From Candidatus Omnitrophota bacterium (GTDB lineage Bacteria; Omnitrophota; Gorgyraeia; Pluralincolimonadales; Pluralincolimonadaceae), in assembly GCA_043798215.1 (NCBI GenBank), contig JAZDOX010000087.1, positions 1 to 51,023 on the forward strand: DNA of 51,023 nt, read 5' to 3'. Below are positions 10,101-18,523 of the stretch, piece by piece. Below the pieces are notes generated by a model. That model saw only the letters and a list, made by a program, of their open reading frames with translations, was not told the DNA's origin and ran no database searches. The stretch's first letter is position 1, and every line of letters begins with the position of its first letter. Made by a program: the position numbers and the translations under genes.

Positions 10101-10135
10101 TATTTTTTAGAAAAAAATTTAGGCTTGGCGCTTAA
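7103..10135 (+). CDS. AcrB/AcrD/AcrF-family RND permease (paralogue 2)
   Basis: 1010 aa; GLALGVGMLVDNSVVVIEN, RLRPILITSLTT. Confidence 0.95.
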   Translation: MSLPQFVIKKPVTISMFFLAVLLLGLISLTRLPVELLPDTNSTKITIMVNVRGGIPPTEIENSVTKPIEDVISDANKLKDILSMSKEGRSEIVLRFEPGTNMDFATMEVREKYDQVKNKLPREVEKPVIARYEETDEPIVILAVTSQVYSPELLRKVTDDKVKGELEKVEGVANVEIYGGRERKILVETSQPRLQAYRMSIMQPVNMLGVSNLNLLAGEIKKTTEKSLIRTIGELKGISEIGELGVFVTEEGGIIKLNDIASVTDSFLEAKSIARVNSEPVVTIYIQKESGANTIKIADSIKKQLSIIRSKIDKDIKINYISDQADFIKAAIKNVIVALIIGAILSAICLWFFLKNLRATFIIAISIPISVLATFTLMYLMKINLNVMTLSGLALGVGMLVDNSVVVIENIVRKNESGMNLTAAIISGTEEVIMAIVASTLTTVIVFFPLVFVNKNIQTLYSGSAMTIVFSLLASLIVAVFLVPMLASKINIEIMKGRRLNKLLMFYRKFFRLALKNKGKFLGVVFLLFLAALFGLTRMDKEFISPFEEGRFTVFAKLEAGAKLSLMDDMTKEIEKVVSSAPELKTMTVHIEDWSSRIYVNLKPLSERRRSVSEVIDWLRPKLKEIEKKYKGGFVYFSEAQEGNKSRELIIDLFGHDYNVIDKLVSEVGGRVAEVKGMVDIKRSIEEGRPELRIIVDRKKAAMYGLSVEDIADNLHAMLRGLVATYYRTEGREIEVIVRLDEKYRDTVDKVRTLTLIGSEGQPVYLEQVASIKFDIGPSEIWRKDKKRMIEVSAISSKFSLDKVIAKLKTTLPAISFPKDYFYRFGDNYEIMQRNKRELSFALILTLLLVYMIMASLYESFYYPLIIMLTVPMAMIGVVSALLITHTPINIGVTIGSMVLGGIVVNNAIILIDHIINLLRGKGFNLYKAVIIGCEDRLRPILITSLTTIFGMVPLAVSRSEGSSLWAPLGVTVIGGMISSTFLTLFIIPVILIIFDGAILFFRKKFRLGA

Positions 10136-10276
10136 GAAAGCGGATAAAGAATCCACGCGTAAACCGAAGGTTGTTAACCAAACCAGCCATCTTTTGTCTT
10201 GACAAAGATTTTTTTTAAGGTATGCTATAGTTCTAATAATGGCGACGGGACAACAAAATATCAGAGGAGGTGCGGG

Positions 10277-10570
10277 ATGAATAACTGTAAAGAATATGGA
10301 TTGCTGAAAACAGTCGGTATTTTATTTAAAATATTCGCTGTGTTGGCGCTGGTTGTGGGGTTAATAAGTTTTATTTTGATATTATTTGGAGGAAGCAAAG
10401 CCGCCGCCGTTTCAAGAACGGTGTCCATAATCTGGCTTGTGGCCGGCGCGCTTTACGCCACAATTTTTATTATGCTTTCCGAGATAATCAAGGTTTTGAT
10501 AAGGATAGAATATAATACCAGAAAGGCCGAATCTGCTCCGGTATGTCCTTCTTCAAAGAGCGATAACTAA
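10277..10570 (+). CDS. Small two-TM membrane protein
   Basis: RBS gaggagg before ATG 10277; two hydrophobic helices followed by IEYNTRK; TTGACA promoter-like sequence at 10199. Confidence 0.75.
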   Translation: MNNCKEYGLLKTVGILFKIFAVLALVVGLISFILILFGGSKAAAVSRTVSIIWLVAGALYATIFIMLSEIIKVLIRIEYNTRKAESAPVCPSSKSDN

Positions 10571-10591
10571 CGCCTATTACAGCATATAAAT

Positions 10592-12325
10592 ATGAATAAC
10601 AACGAGAATTTCTTTAGAACTCTAATCTTGGGACTGTTGCAAAATGCCATTCTTTGTCATTCTGAGCGAAGCGAAGAATCTATTCATCGTCGAGATTCTT
10701 CGTCCGGAGCCTGCGCTGAACTAAGCGAATGCGGCCTCAGAATGACGCGAAATTACGTATTTCGCAACAGTCCCATCTTAGCCGCGAGAGGATCAATTCT
10801 GTCCGTTTTAGGATCTTTTGTTTTAGCGCTGGTTTACGTAACTCTTTTTGGAATAGTATGTTACGCTTCGGAGGCTGTGGACGGGGCCAATAAGGGTGTG
10901 TTAGACGTAGAGAATTTTTGCCATTCCGGCGATGAAAAAGAAGCCGTGGCTTCTGAAAATTTTGGGCTTAGTCTGGATGACTGCGTTGAGATAGCCATCG
11001 CGAATTCAAAGGATATAAAGATCTCCTCGGAAAAGATCATACTGGCTAAGATCAAGAAAACGGCGGCCATCAGGGATTTATTTCCGACTCTTTCCCTTTA
11101 TTGGAATACTACCAAAGGAACCAAATCTGATATCAGCGAAGATTATAGAGGAACGCAATATGGCTTAGATGCCGAACATGAGATATGGCCGAGAGACCAA
11201 ATGGACTACTCCTATAAACAAACTGAAAAAAATCTTAAATTTAACGAAACCGATTACAAAAGAGTAAAGAGCGATCTTATCTATGAGGTGAAGAAGACTT
11301 TCTTTGAACTTGCGAAAGCGAAAAAGAACTTAAGCGATCAAAAAAGCATTTTGGCGAAGGCTTCCGAGTTGTATGATTTGGCGCAAAAAGAAAAAGCCTC
11401 GGGACTGATAAGCCAATTGGAGTTTCTTAAGTCCCTGTCTAAATATAGGGAGGTCGACAGCGAAGTCAATACAAAGGAGTACATTGTGAAATTGGCAGGG
11501 GTAAAATTGCGCAATGTCTTAAGGCTTGATGACTCGACTTATGCCATAGACATAGACGATGGGAATTTATTTACCGATAAGGACAAGAGTTTTTTTACGG
11601 TAAAAGGCGATAGCGATGAACTTTTGAACTCTTATGTCGAGACGGCTTTGCTTAACAGGCTGGAAATAAAGATGCAAAAGACCAAAGTTGAATTTTATGA
11701 ATATGGAAAAAAGGCTGTTGCGGGTAAAGGCAAGCCGAAGATATCATTTGTCGGCACTTATAAGAAGGTCGGCGATGCCTTTAAACCGAACACGATAGAT
11801 TTTAACAATGAATGGTTTGTGGGCGCTAAAGTGGCTTTTCCATGGTTTGGCAATACTCTCGAGTACACCTGTCAAACCGGAGTCAGCGTTCCGAATAGAA
11901 CTTCCACGTATTCCACGTTTAACGAGTCTGATGTCCAGAATCAATCCATCAAGCTGGGGGTTATGAGCAATCTGCCTTATTATTATGAACGCAAGGAATC
12001 CGAGATCGCTTACCAGTCAGCTTTAAAAGAAGAAGAGGACGAGTCCTTTAAGGTAATTTTAGAGGTAAACGAGTCTTTCTTTGGATATAAGGATGCGGTG
12101 AATAAGGCTATGGCGGCGGTCGACAAGCTCAACTTTGCGATTAAGGAATTGGAAGTATCGGAGGTTATGCGGGCTTCCGCCGATGAGGCAATATCTCAAT
12201 CTTTAGAATCGCTTTCCGGCCTGCAGCAATCCAAGGTTATTTATAACGAAACTTTATTTGGATATTATGTTTCCATATTGGAATTAAACAAGGCCGTCAA
12301 TAAGGATGTAATATCTATCCAATAA
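10592..12325 (+). CDS. TolC-family outer-membrane efflux protein with an in-frame MITE in its N-terminus
   Basis: LSLDDCVEIAIANS, DLFPTLSL, PKISFVG, ELNKAV; downstream of the RND genes. Confidence 0.85.
   Translation: MNNNENFFRTLILGLLQNAILCHSERSEESIHRRDSSSGACAELSECGLRMTRNYVFRNSPILAARGSILSVLGSFVLALVYVTLFGIVCYASEAVDGANKGVLDVENFCHSGDEKEAVASENFGLSLDDCVEIAIANSKDIKISSEKIILAKIKKTAAIRDLFPTLSLYWNTTKGTKSDISEDYRGTQYGLDAEHEIWPRDQMDYSYKQTEKNLKFNETDYKRVKSDLIYEVKKTFFELAKAKKNLSDQKSILAKASELYDLAQKEKASGLISQLEFLKSLSKYREVDSEVNTKEYIVKLAGVKLRNVLRLDDSTYAIDIDDGNLFTDKDKSFFTVKGDSDELLNSYVETALLNRLEIKMQKTKVEFYEYGKKAVAGKGKPKISFVGTYKKVGDAFKPNTIDFNNEWFVGAKVAFPWFGNTLEYTCQTGVSVPNRTSTYSTFNESDVQNQSIKLGVMSNLPYYYERKESEIAYQSALKEEEDESFKVILEVNESFFGYKDAVNKAMAAVDKLNFAIKELEVSEVMRASADEAISQSLESLSGLQQSKVIYNETLFGYYVSILELNKAVNKDVISIQ
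10630..10774. mobile_element. 145-bp MITE (TIR gggactgttgc...gcaacagtccc) wrapping a TGTCA/CGTC-type REP doublet; 5-bp TSD ATCTT
   Basis: ATCTT at 10625-10629 and 10775-10779; internal tgtcattctgag...ctcagaatgacg. Confidence 0.85.
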
Positions 12326-12438
12326 CGCGCAAGGAATCCACCCAGAAGGTAACCCTGAAGGATAGATTTTTCTGTATCTTCCAAGGGAAGGCCTAACCCA
12401 ACTTATTCCACATAACCGTTCCCTGCCCCCGATTTTTC

Positions 12439-12466
12439 TTTACAATTTTTTAAAAAATCGTATAAT
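12439..12466 (+). promoter_or_regulatory. Putative sigma70 promoter of recA
   Basis: TTTACA-16 nt-TATAAT. Confidence 0.6.
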
Positions 12467-12557
12467 AGTTATAAGTATTAAAATATTTTTGAAAGAAAAT
12501 CCCTCGGGGCTTCGTCAATTAAGGCGAAGCCATTTTAACCAAAGGAGGGTTAGGGAT

Positions 12558-13598
12558 ATGGTAAGAAGAGACGAAAAAGAAACAAAGAAGGATGAGAAGC
12601 AGGAAAAGGGCAGGGGAGTTGAGCGATTAAAAGCTCTTGAATTGGCGTTAGCTCACATTGAGAAGCAGTTTGGCAAGGGTTCTATAATGAAATTGGGCCA
12701 AGAGACTCATGTAAAAGTGGAGTCTATACCCACGGGCTCGCTTTCTCTCGATATGGCTATAGGTGTTGGGGGAATTCCAAGAGGCCGCGTTACAGAGATC
12801 TACGGCCCTGAATCATCAGGGAAAACGACGCTTACCCTAAGCATCATATCGGAAGCGCAGAAACGCTCGGGAGTCGCCGCTTTCATAGACGCCGAGCACG
12901 CTTTTGATTCGTCATACGCGAAGAAATTGGGAGTTAATTTAGACGATCTCTTGATATCGCAGCCGGATTCCGGCGAACAGGCCCTTGAGATATGCGAAAC
13001 CTTGGTTCGTTCGGGAGCGGTGGACATCGTGGTAGTGGATTCGGTTGCCGCTCTTGTTCCCCGCGCGGAGATTGAAGGCGAGATGGGTGCGTCGCATATG
13101 GGGCTTCAGGCGAGATTAATGTCGCAAGCCTTAAGAAAACTGACTTCCTCGATAAACAAATCCAATACATCCGTGGTTTTTATCAACCAGATAAGGGAAA
13201 AGATAGGTGTAATGTTTGGCAATCCCGAGACCACGCCCGGCGGCAGAGCCCTTAAGTTCTATTCTTCGGTAAGACTTGACATAAGGCGCATAGATACCAT
13301 AAAATCCGGAGATCAAATTATCGGAAATCACGTTAGAGTCAAGGTTGTCAAGAATAAGGTTTCTTCGCCTTTCAGACAGGCGGAATTTGATATAATTTAT
13401 AATGAAGGAATATCGAAGGCAGGCGATTTAATCGAGTTAGGCCAGGATTTGGGTATAATCCAGAAGACAGGAACCTGGTTTACCTACGGCGACTTGAAAA
13501 TGGGCCAAGGGAAAGATAATGTAAAGGGTTATCTAAAGGAAAATCCAAAAGTTTTCTCCGAGCTTGAGAAGAAAATAAAAGAGAAGATGCTTGTTTGA
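12558..13598 (+). CDS. recA: Recombinase RecA
   Basis: [44 protein letters not shown]; ATG 12558 behind aggagg. Confidence 0.99.
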   Translation: MVRRDEKETKKDEKQEKGRGVERLKALELALAHIEKQFGKGSIMKLGQETHVKVESIPTGSLSLDMAIGVGGIPRGRVTEIYGPESSGKTTLTLSIISEAQKRSGVAAFIDAEHAFDSSYAKKLGVNLDDLLISQPDSGEQALEICETLVRSGAVDIVVVDSVAALVPRAEIEGEMGASHMGLQARLMSQALRKLTSSINKSNTSVVFINQIREKIGVMFGNPETTPGGRALKFYSSVRLDIRRIDTIKSGDQIIGNHVRVKVVKNKVSSPFRQAEFDIIYNEGISKAGDLIELGQDLGIIQKTGTWFTYGDLKMGQGKDNVKGYLKENPKVFSELEKKIKEKMLV

Positions 13599-13659
13599 TT
13601 CCTAAGGTTAAATGACCCGTTACCGATTTGTATTGGGTTTGAAAGGAGAGGTGATCAAA

Positions 13660-15120
13660 GTGCATAGACGTTTTTTTTCAGTTTTTTTGCCGACGTTGAT
13701 TTTTTGTATTAGCGCTTTAACGGCGATATCGCCTGTCATCTACGCCCAGGCAGGCATTAAATATGCCAAGGAGCTTGAAAGCGCTTTTGTTCAGGTCGCG
13801 GACGAGATAGGTCCGGGGGTGGTTTCTATTTCTACGGTTCACACCGAGAGACTTTCGGCAGGTGGATATATGTCACCCTTTGGGGGCGATGAAACTTTCA
13901 AGCAGTTTTTTAGGGATTTTTTTGGAGAATTGCCTGAACGAGAATATCAGCAAAGGGGATTAGGCTCCGGTTTCATAATAGATGCCGACGGTTATATCCT
14001 GACTAATGGGCATGTTATTGAGGGAGCGGACAAAATTGAAGTAACATTGTCCGATGGCAGAAAATTTCAGGCTAAGGTGAAGGGCGAAGATGAGAGGGCT
14101 GATTTGGCGGTGCTTAAAATTGACGGCGCGAACGATCTTCACGCGCTGGGATTAGGAGATTCCGATAAAGTAAAGATAGGGCAGTTTTCGATTGCTGCCG
14201 GAAATCCATTTGGGCTCGCGGCCAAGCCCACTGTTACTGTCGGAGTTATCAGCGCTCTTAATCGTTCCTTGCCGAGAACTTCGCTAAGAGATCGCGATTA
14301 TTCTGATTTGATCCAGACCGACGCGGCTATCAATCCGGGTAACAGCGGCGGGCCGCTGGTTGATATTGATGGCGACGTTATCGGCATAAATGTGGCGATT
14401 ATATCAACGACGGGCGGCTATCAGGGCATCGGTTTCGCGATACCTATAAATACAGCCAAGAATATTCTGGATGATTTAATGGAAGGAAAAAAGGTTTTAT
14501 ACGGATGGATAGGCGTGAATGCTCAAGATTTAGACGAAGGTTTGGCTAAGCAGTTTGGCATTTCTGAAACTTCCGGCGTTCTTGTATTCAAGGTTTTAGA
14601 TGGCGGTCCAGCTGAAAAAGGCGATATGAGAACCGGCGATGTCATAAAAACTTTTGATGGCAAGGAAGTAGGGAATATGCGGGAATTGCTGAAAATGGTC
14701 GGAAGGGCGCCTGTGGGAAAAAAGGTGAAAGTTGGCGTCTTGCGCGATAAAAAAGATCTTACCTTGGAGATAGAGATAGGGCAAAGGCCGGGAGAGTTAA
14801 CGGAATGCGCCGAGGCGCCTTTGGGCAATTGGCGCGGCATCGAGGTTCAAGACTTAAACGCTGAAACTGCCAAGCGTTATAATATAACCGAGAAGAAAGG
14901 GGTTGTAGTCGTTAATGTCCAGCCCGGCAGTCCCGCCGACTCGGCTGGCTTAAGCCGCGCAGATGTAATTCTGGAGATAAACAGGCAGCCTGCAAATAGT
15001 CTAACTGAATATAACAGTATTATAAAATCGGCTAAAGGAGATGCCCTTGTCTTTACCTCAAGAGGTTATACCGTTGTTAAGGAAGAGACGCAGGAATCAG
15101 GCAAAGATAAGAAGCCTTGA
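13660..15120 (+). CDS. degP: Do/DegP-family periplasmic serine protease with two PDZ domains
   Basis: Signal peptide, GSGFII, LTNGHV, DLAVLK, TDAAINPGNSGGPL; start uncertain (GTG 13651 or 13660). Confidence 0.93.
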   Translation: MHRRFFSVFLPTLIFCISALTAISPVIYAQAGIKYAKELESAFVQVADEIGPGVVSISTVHTERLSAGGYMSPFGGDETFKQFFRDFFGELPEREYQQRGLGSGFIIDADGYILTNGHVIEGADKIEVTLSDGRKFQAKVKGEDERADLAVLKIDGANDLHALGLGDSDKVKIGQFSIAAGNPFGLAAKPTVTVGVISALNRSLPRTSLRDRDYSDLIQTDAAINPGNSGGPLVDIDGDVIGINVAIISTTGGYQGIGFAIPINTAKNILDDLMEGKKVLYGWIGVNAQDLDEGLAKQFGISETSGVLVFKVLDGGPAEKGDMRTGDVIKTFDGKEVGNMRELLKMVGRAPVGKKVKVGVLRDKKDLTLEIEIGQRPGELTECAEAPLGNWRGIEVQDLNAETAKRYNITEKKGVVVVNVQPGSPADSAGLSRADVILEINRQPANSLTEYNSIIKSAKGDALVFTSRGYTVVKEETQESGKDKKP

Positions 15121-15133
15121 GAAAAACAAAGAG

Positions 15134-15643
15134 ATGTTCGAGACGGCGGCCCCGGACCCGCTTAGCCGCCTGTCTTCTGTAGCTTTAGCGAAGAGGGATG
15201 CCCTAAGGCTTTTAAGGTTCAGGCCCAGAAGCGTCAAAGAGATAAGCCTAAGGTTGAAGCAAAAAAGGCACAGTGATTTAGTAATCGCGGAAATTATCGA
15301 AGAGTTAAAAGGAAAGAACTTCTTGAATGACGATATTTTCGCGAAGCTTTGGATAAATGAAAGACTATCTCTTAAACCTTCAGGGAGAGCCCTGTTAGCT
15401 CAGGAATTAAGAACTAAGGGTATTGACGATGCCGTTATAGAAAAAGCTTTCAGCGGGCTTAAAGGCAGTTTTGACGAATCTGGGATTGCCGTTTCTTTGG
15501 CGCGTAAGAGAATGGAAAGGTTTAGAAATATTGATGAACAAAAAGCCAAGAAAAAGCTGTTTGATTTTTTAAGACGGCGTGGTTTCTCGGATGAAATTGT
15601 TTGGAAAACGCTGAAGGATATTTATGGTGTTGCCGATGCGTAA
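15134..15643 (+). CDS. recX: Regulatory protein RecX
   Basis: ALRLLRFRPRSVKE, FLNDDIFA, QELRTKGI, FLRRRGF. Confidence 0.92.
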   Translation: MFETAAPDPLSRLSSVALAKRDALRLLRFRPRSVKEISLRLKQKRHSDLVIAEIIEELKGKNFLNDDIFAKLWINERLSLKPSGRALLAQELRTKGIDDAVIEKAFSGLKGSFDESGIAVSLARKRMERFRNIDEQKAKKKLFDFLRRRGFSDEIVWKTLKDIYGVADA

Positions 15644-15652
15644 AAACAAATT

Positions 15653-15810
15653 GAGACTGCTGAAAAACTCTCATTGTGTCATTGCGAGCGATCGAAGGAA
15701 GCGAAGCAATCTCTACATCTTTAGATTGCTTCGTCCTCCGACGTATCGTCGGAGTCCTCGCAATGACGAACAACGCAGTTCATCATTTTTAGTACTTTTG
15801 CAACGCTCTC
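15653..15810. mobile_element. 158-bp MITE with imperfect TIRs (gagactgctg.../...caacgctctc) wrapping a TGTCA REP doublet; 5-bp TSD AAATT
   Basis: AAATT at 15648-15652 and 15811-15815; tgtcattgcgag...gcaatct / agattgc...ctcgcaatgacg. Confidence 0.75.
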
Positions 15811-15832
15811 AAATTAGAGCTTCCCTAAGAAT

Positions 15833-18499
15833 ATGACCGCTGATCAATTAAGAAAGATGTTTTTGTCTTTCTTCGAGTCGAAGGGGCATTCTATCTTGCC
15901 CTCAGACTCCTTAATTCCCAAAGATGATCCCACGGTGCTTTTTACCGGCGCCGGAATGAACCAGTTTAAGGATTATTTTTTAGGCAAAAGGAAAGATTTG
16001 CGACGCGCCGCCACCTGCCAAAAATGTTTGCGGACAGGCGATATAGAAAATGTGGGTAAAACCTCCTCCCATCACACCTTCTTTGAGATGCTCGGAAATT
16101 TCTCTTTTGGCGATTATTTTAAGAAAGAAGCAATGGCTTGGGCGTGGGAATTTATGACAAAATTTCTCAAGCTGGAAGAGCGCGTTCTTTGGGTTTCGGT
16201 ATACAAAGACGACGATGAGGCCTATCGGATTTGGCGCGATGAAATTAAGGTGTCCGAGTCGAGAATCTTAAGATTTGGCGCTAAGGATAATTTTTGGCCG
16301 TCAAACGCTCCTGAAGAAGGCCCAAACGGGCCTTGCGGGCCCTGTTCCGAGATATATGTTGATCGCGGCGAAAAATTTGGCTGCGAGAGTCCTGAATGCC
16401 GTCCGGGATGCGGCTGCGGCAGGTATGTTGAGGTTTGGAATCTTGTCTTTACTCAGTTCAATAGGGTTGGCCCGAATCAATTAGAGCCGCTTTCCGCTGG
16501 AAATATCGATACCGGTATGGGGCTTGAACGCTTAGCCGCGGTTATGCAGGGTGTGGCCACTAATTTTGAGACGGATATCTTCGCGCCCGTAATAAACGGC
16601 ATCTTGGAGCTAATCGAGAATGAGGCGGGTTTGCGGAGCGCGAAAGAGGACAAGCAGGGGACTAACCGTATAAACGCCATTGCCGATCACTTAAGGGCGG
16701 CAATATTCTGTATTTCAGACGGAGTCTTGCCGTCAAACACCGGCCGCGGCTATGTCTTGAAATCTCTTATCAAGCGTTCGCTTGTTAACGCGAAATCTCT
16801 GGGCTTAAACGAGCCATTTTTATATAAGCTGGTTGATAGCGTTGTTCGCGCGATGAAAGGCGGGTATCCGGAACTTGAGGATAGAGTAGAGAATGTAAGC
16901 TTGATAATAAAGTCTGAAGAGGAGAGGTATTTTAGGATAAGCCATGAAGTGCGCGGAGAATTTGAGGAGATCATAAGGGGAATAAAACTTAGAGAAGAAG
17001 ACGCGATTCCCGGCAAAGATATATTTTATTTTCATGATACTCGGGGCTTCTCAATAGAATTGATAAAAGAAATCGCCGAAGAAGAAAATTTGAAGCTGGG
17101 TATCGAAGAATATGAACGACTAATGGAAGAACAGCGCAAGAAGTCGCGCGGCGCCACAAAGCTTACGGGCGATATTTTTGCCGAGACGCTTACCGCCGCC
17201 GTTGCCGGATCAGGCATAAAGACCGAATTCGCCGGTTACGATAGATTAGAGACAGGTTCAATAGTTAAGGCGATCATAAAAGATAATAAAATAGTTCATA
17301 ACGTAAAAGGCCCCGCCGAAATCTCTGTTATTCTTGATATAACGCCTTTTTATGGCGAGACCGGAGGTCAGGTTGGCGATACCGGAGTCCTTCAGGGAAA
17401 TGGATTTGAGATAGAAGTTACAGATACGAAGCTTATAGAGAAGATACCGGTTCACATTTGTAAATTAAGAGAAGGCGAGATCAAGACAGAGGATAGGGTT
17501 GAGAGCAGGGTTAATAAGGACAGGAGGCTGGCTATCGCGCGTCATCACAGCGCTACTCATCTTTTACAGGCGGCGCTTAGAAAGACGATTGGTCCGCATG
17601 TTCAGCAATCGGGTTCTCTCGTAGCGCCTGAAAGATTAAGATTTGATTTCACTCATTTTAAGGCCCTTGATAGCGAGCAGCTTGAGTGGGTGGAGCAGAT
17701 TGTCAATGAGCTTGTGAGAAGCAATTTTATCCTAACGGTTGATGTAATGGGACTTGAAGAGGCCAAGAAATCCGGCGCCACCGCTTTATTCGGCGAGAAA
17801 TATGATAAAGAGGTAAGAGTTATAACCATAGGCGATATTTCAAAAGAATTATGCGGCGGCACTCATCTTAAAGCGACCGGCGAGATCGGATCATTCAAGA
17901 TAATAAGCGAAGAATCGGTAGCCGCCGGAATAAGAAGGATAGAGGCCGTGGCTGGTGAAGCCGCTTATAAACTAATCAAGGAATCCGACAAGGTTCTCAG
18001 GGCTATCTCGGATTTATTAAAGTCGGAACCGGAGAAATTGCCCGCGCAGATCGAGAAGTTATTGAATCAAATAAAGGATTTGGGGAAAAAGCTTAAATCT
18101 TACGAAACCGCCAATGTCAGAAGCAAATCAAAAGAGCTTGTATCTGAGGGCGAGTTGATAGATAATGTAACTTTGATCGCAAAGAGATTGGATGGTTTAA
18201 GTCCAGAGACTTTAATTAGTCTTGTTGATGAGATAAAAGCCGCATTGCCGCGAAACTCAGGCTCGGTTTTGGCCGGTTCTTCCGAAGGGAAAGTTTTTGT
18301 CGTTATCGGCTTGACCCCAGATTTGGTAAAGAGAGGTTTTGACGCTCGTTCGATAATCTCGAAGGTTTCGAAAGTGATAGGCGGAGGAGGGGGAGGCCGG
18401 TCCGACTTGGCGCAGGCAGGCGGCAAAGACAGCTCAAGGATTGACGAGGCGCTTAAGATCGCTTCTGAAGCCATAACGGAGCTAATAAAAAATCTCTAA
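15833..18499 (+). CDS. alaS: Alanine--tRNA ligase
   Basis: HHTFFEMLGNFSFGDYFK, DTGMGLER, HSATHLL, ELCGGTH, GGGGGRSDLAQAGG. Confidence 0.99.
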   Translation: MTADQLRKMFLSFFESKGHSILPSDSLIPKDDPTVLFTGAGMNQFKDYFLGKRKDLRRAATCQKCLRTGDIENVGKTSSHHTFFEMLGNFSFGDYFKKEAMAWAWEFMTKFLKLEERVLWVSVYKDDDEAYRIWRDEIKVSESRILRFGAKDNFWPSNAPEEGPNGPCGPCSEIYVDRGEKFGCESPECRPGCGCGRYVEVWNLVFTQFNRVGPNQLEPLSAGNIDTGMGLERLAAVMQGVATNFETDIFAPVINGILELIENEAGLRSAKEDKQGTNRINAIADHLRAAIFCISDGVLPSNTGRGYVLKSLIKRSLVNAKSLGLNEPFLYKLVDSVVRAMKGGYPELEDRVENVSLIIKSEEERYFRISHEVRGEFEEIIRGIKLREEDAIPGKDIFYFHDTRGFSIELIKEIAEEENLKLGIEEYERLMEEQRKKSRGATKLTGDIFAETLTAAVAGSGIKTEFAGYDRLETGSIVKAIIKDNKIVHNVKGPAEISVILDITPFYGETGGQVGDTGVLQGNGFEIEVTDTKLIEKIPVHICKLREGEIKTEDRVESRVNKDRRLAIARHHSATHLLQAALRKTIGPHVQQSGSLVAPERLRFDFTHFKALDSEQLEWVEQIVNELVRSNFILTVDVMGLEEAKKSGATALFGEKYDKEVRVITIGDISKELCGGTHLKATGEIGSFKIISEESVAAGIRRIEAVAGEAAYKLIKESDKVLRAISDLLKSEPEKLPAQIEKLLNQIKDLGKKLKSYETANVRSKSKELVSEGELIDNVTLIAKRLDGLSPETLISLVDEIKAALPRNSGSVLAGSSEGKVFVVIGLTPDLVKRGFDARSIISKVSKVIGGGGGGRSDLAQAGGKDSSRIDEALKIASEAITELIKNL

Positions 18500-18523
18500 A
18501 CTTATTAAAGGAGAGGCGCTGGC

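Noticed and set aside
12403-12412. DnaA-box-like ttattccaca
   Set aside because: It does not match TTWTNCACA without a gap and it is isolated.
12420-12557. LexA/SOS box upstream of recA
   Set aside because: No palindrome matching a LexA consensus that I recognise.
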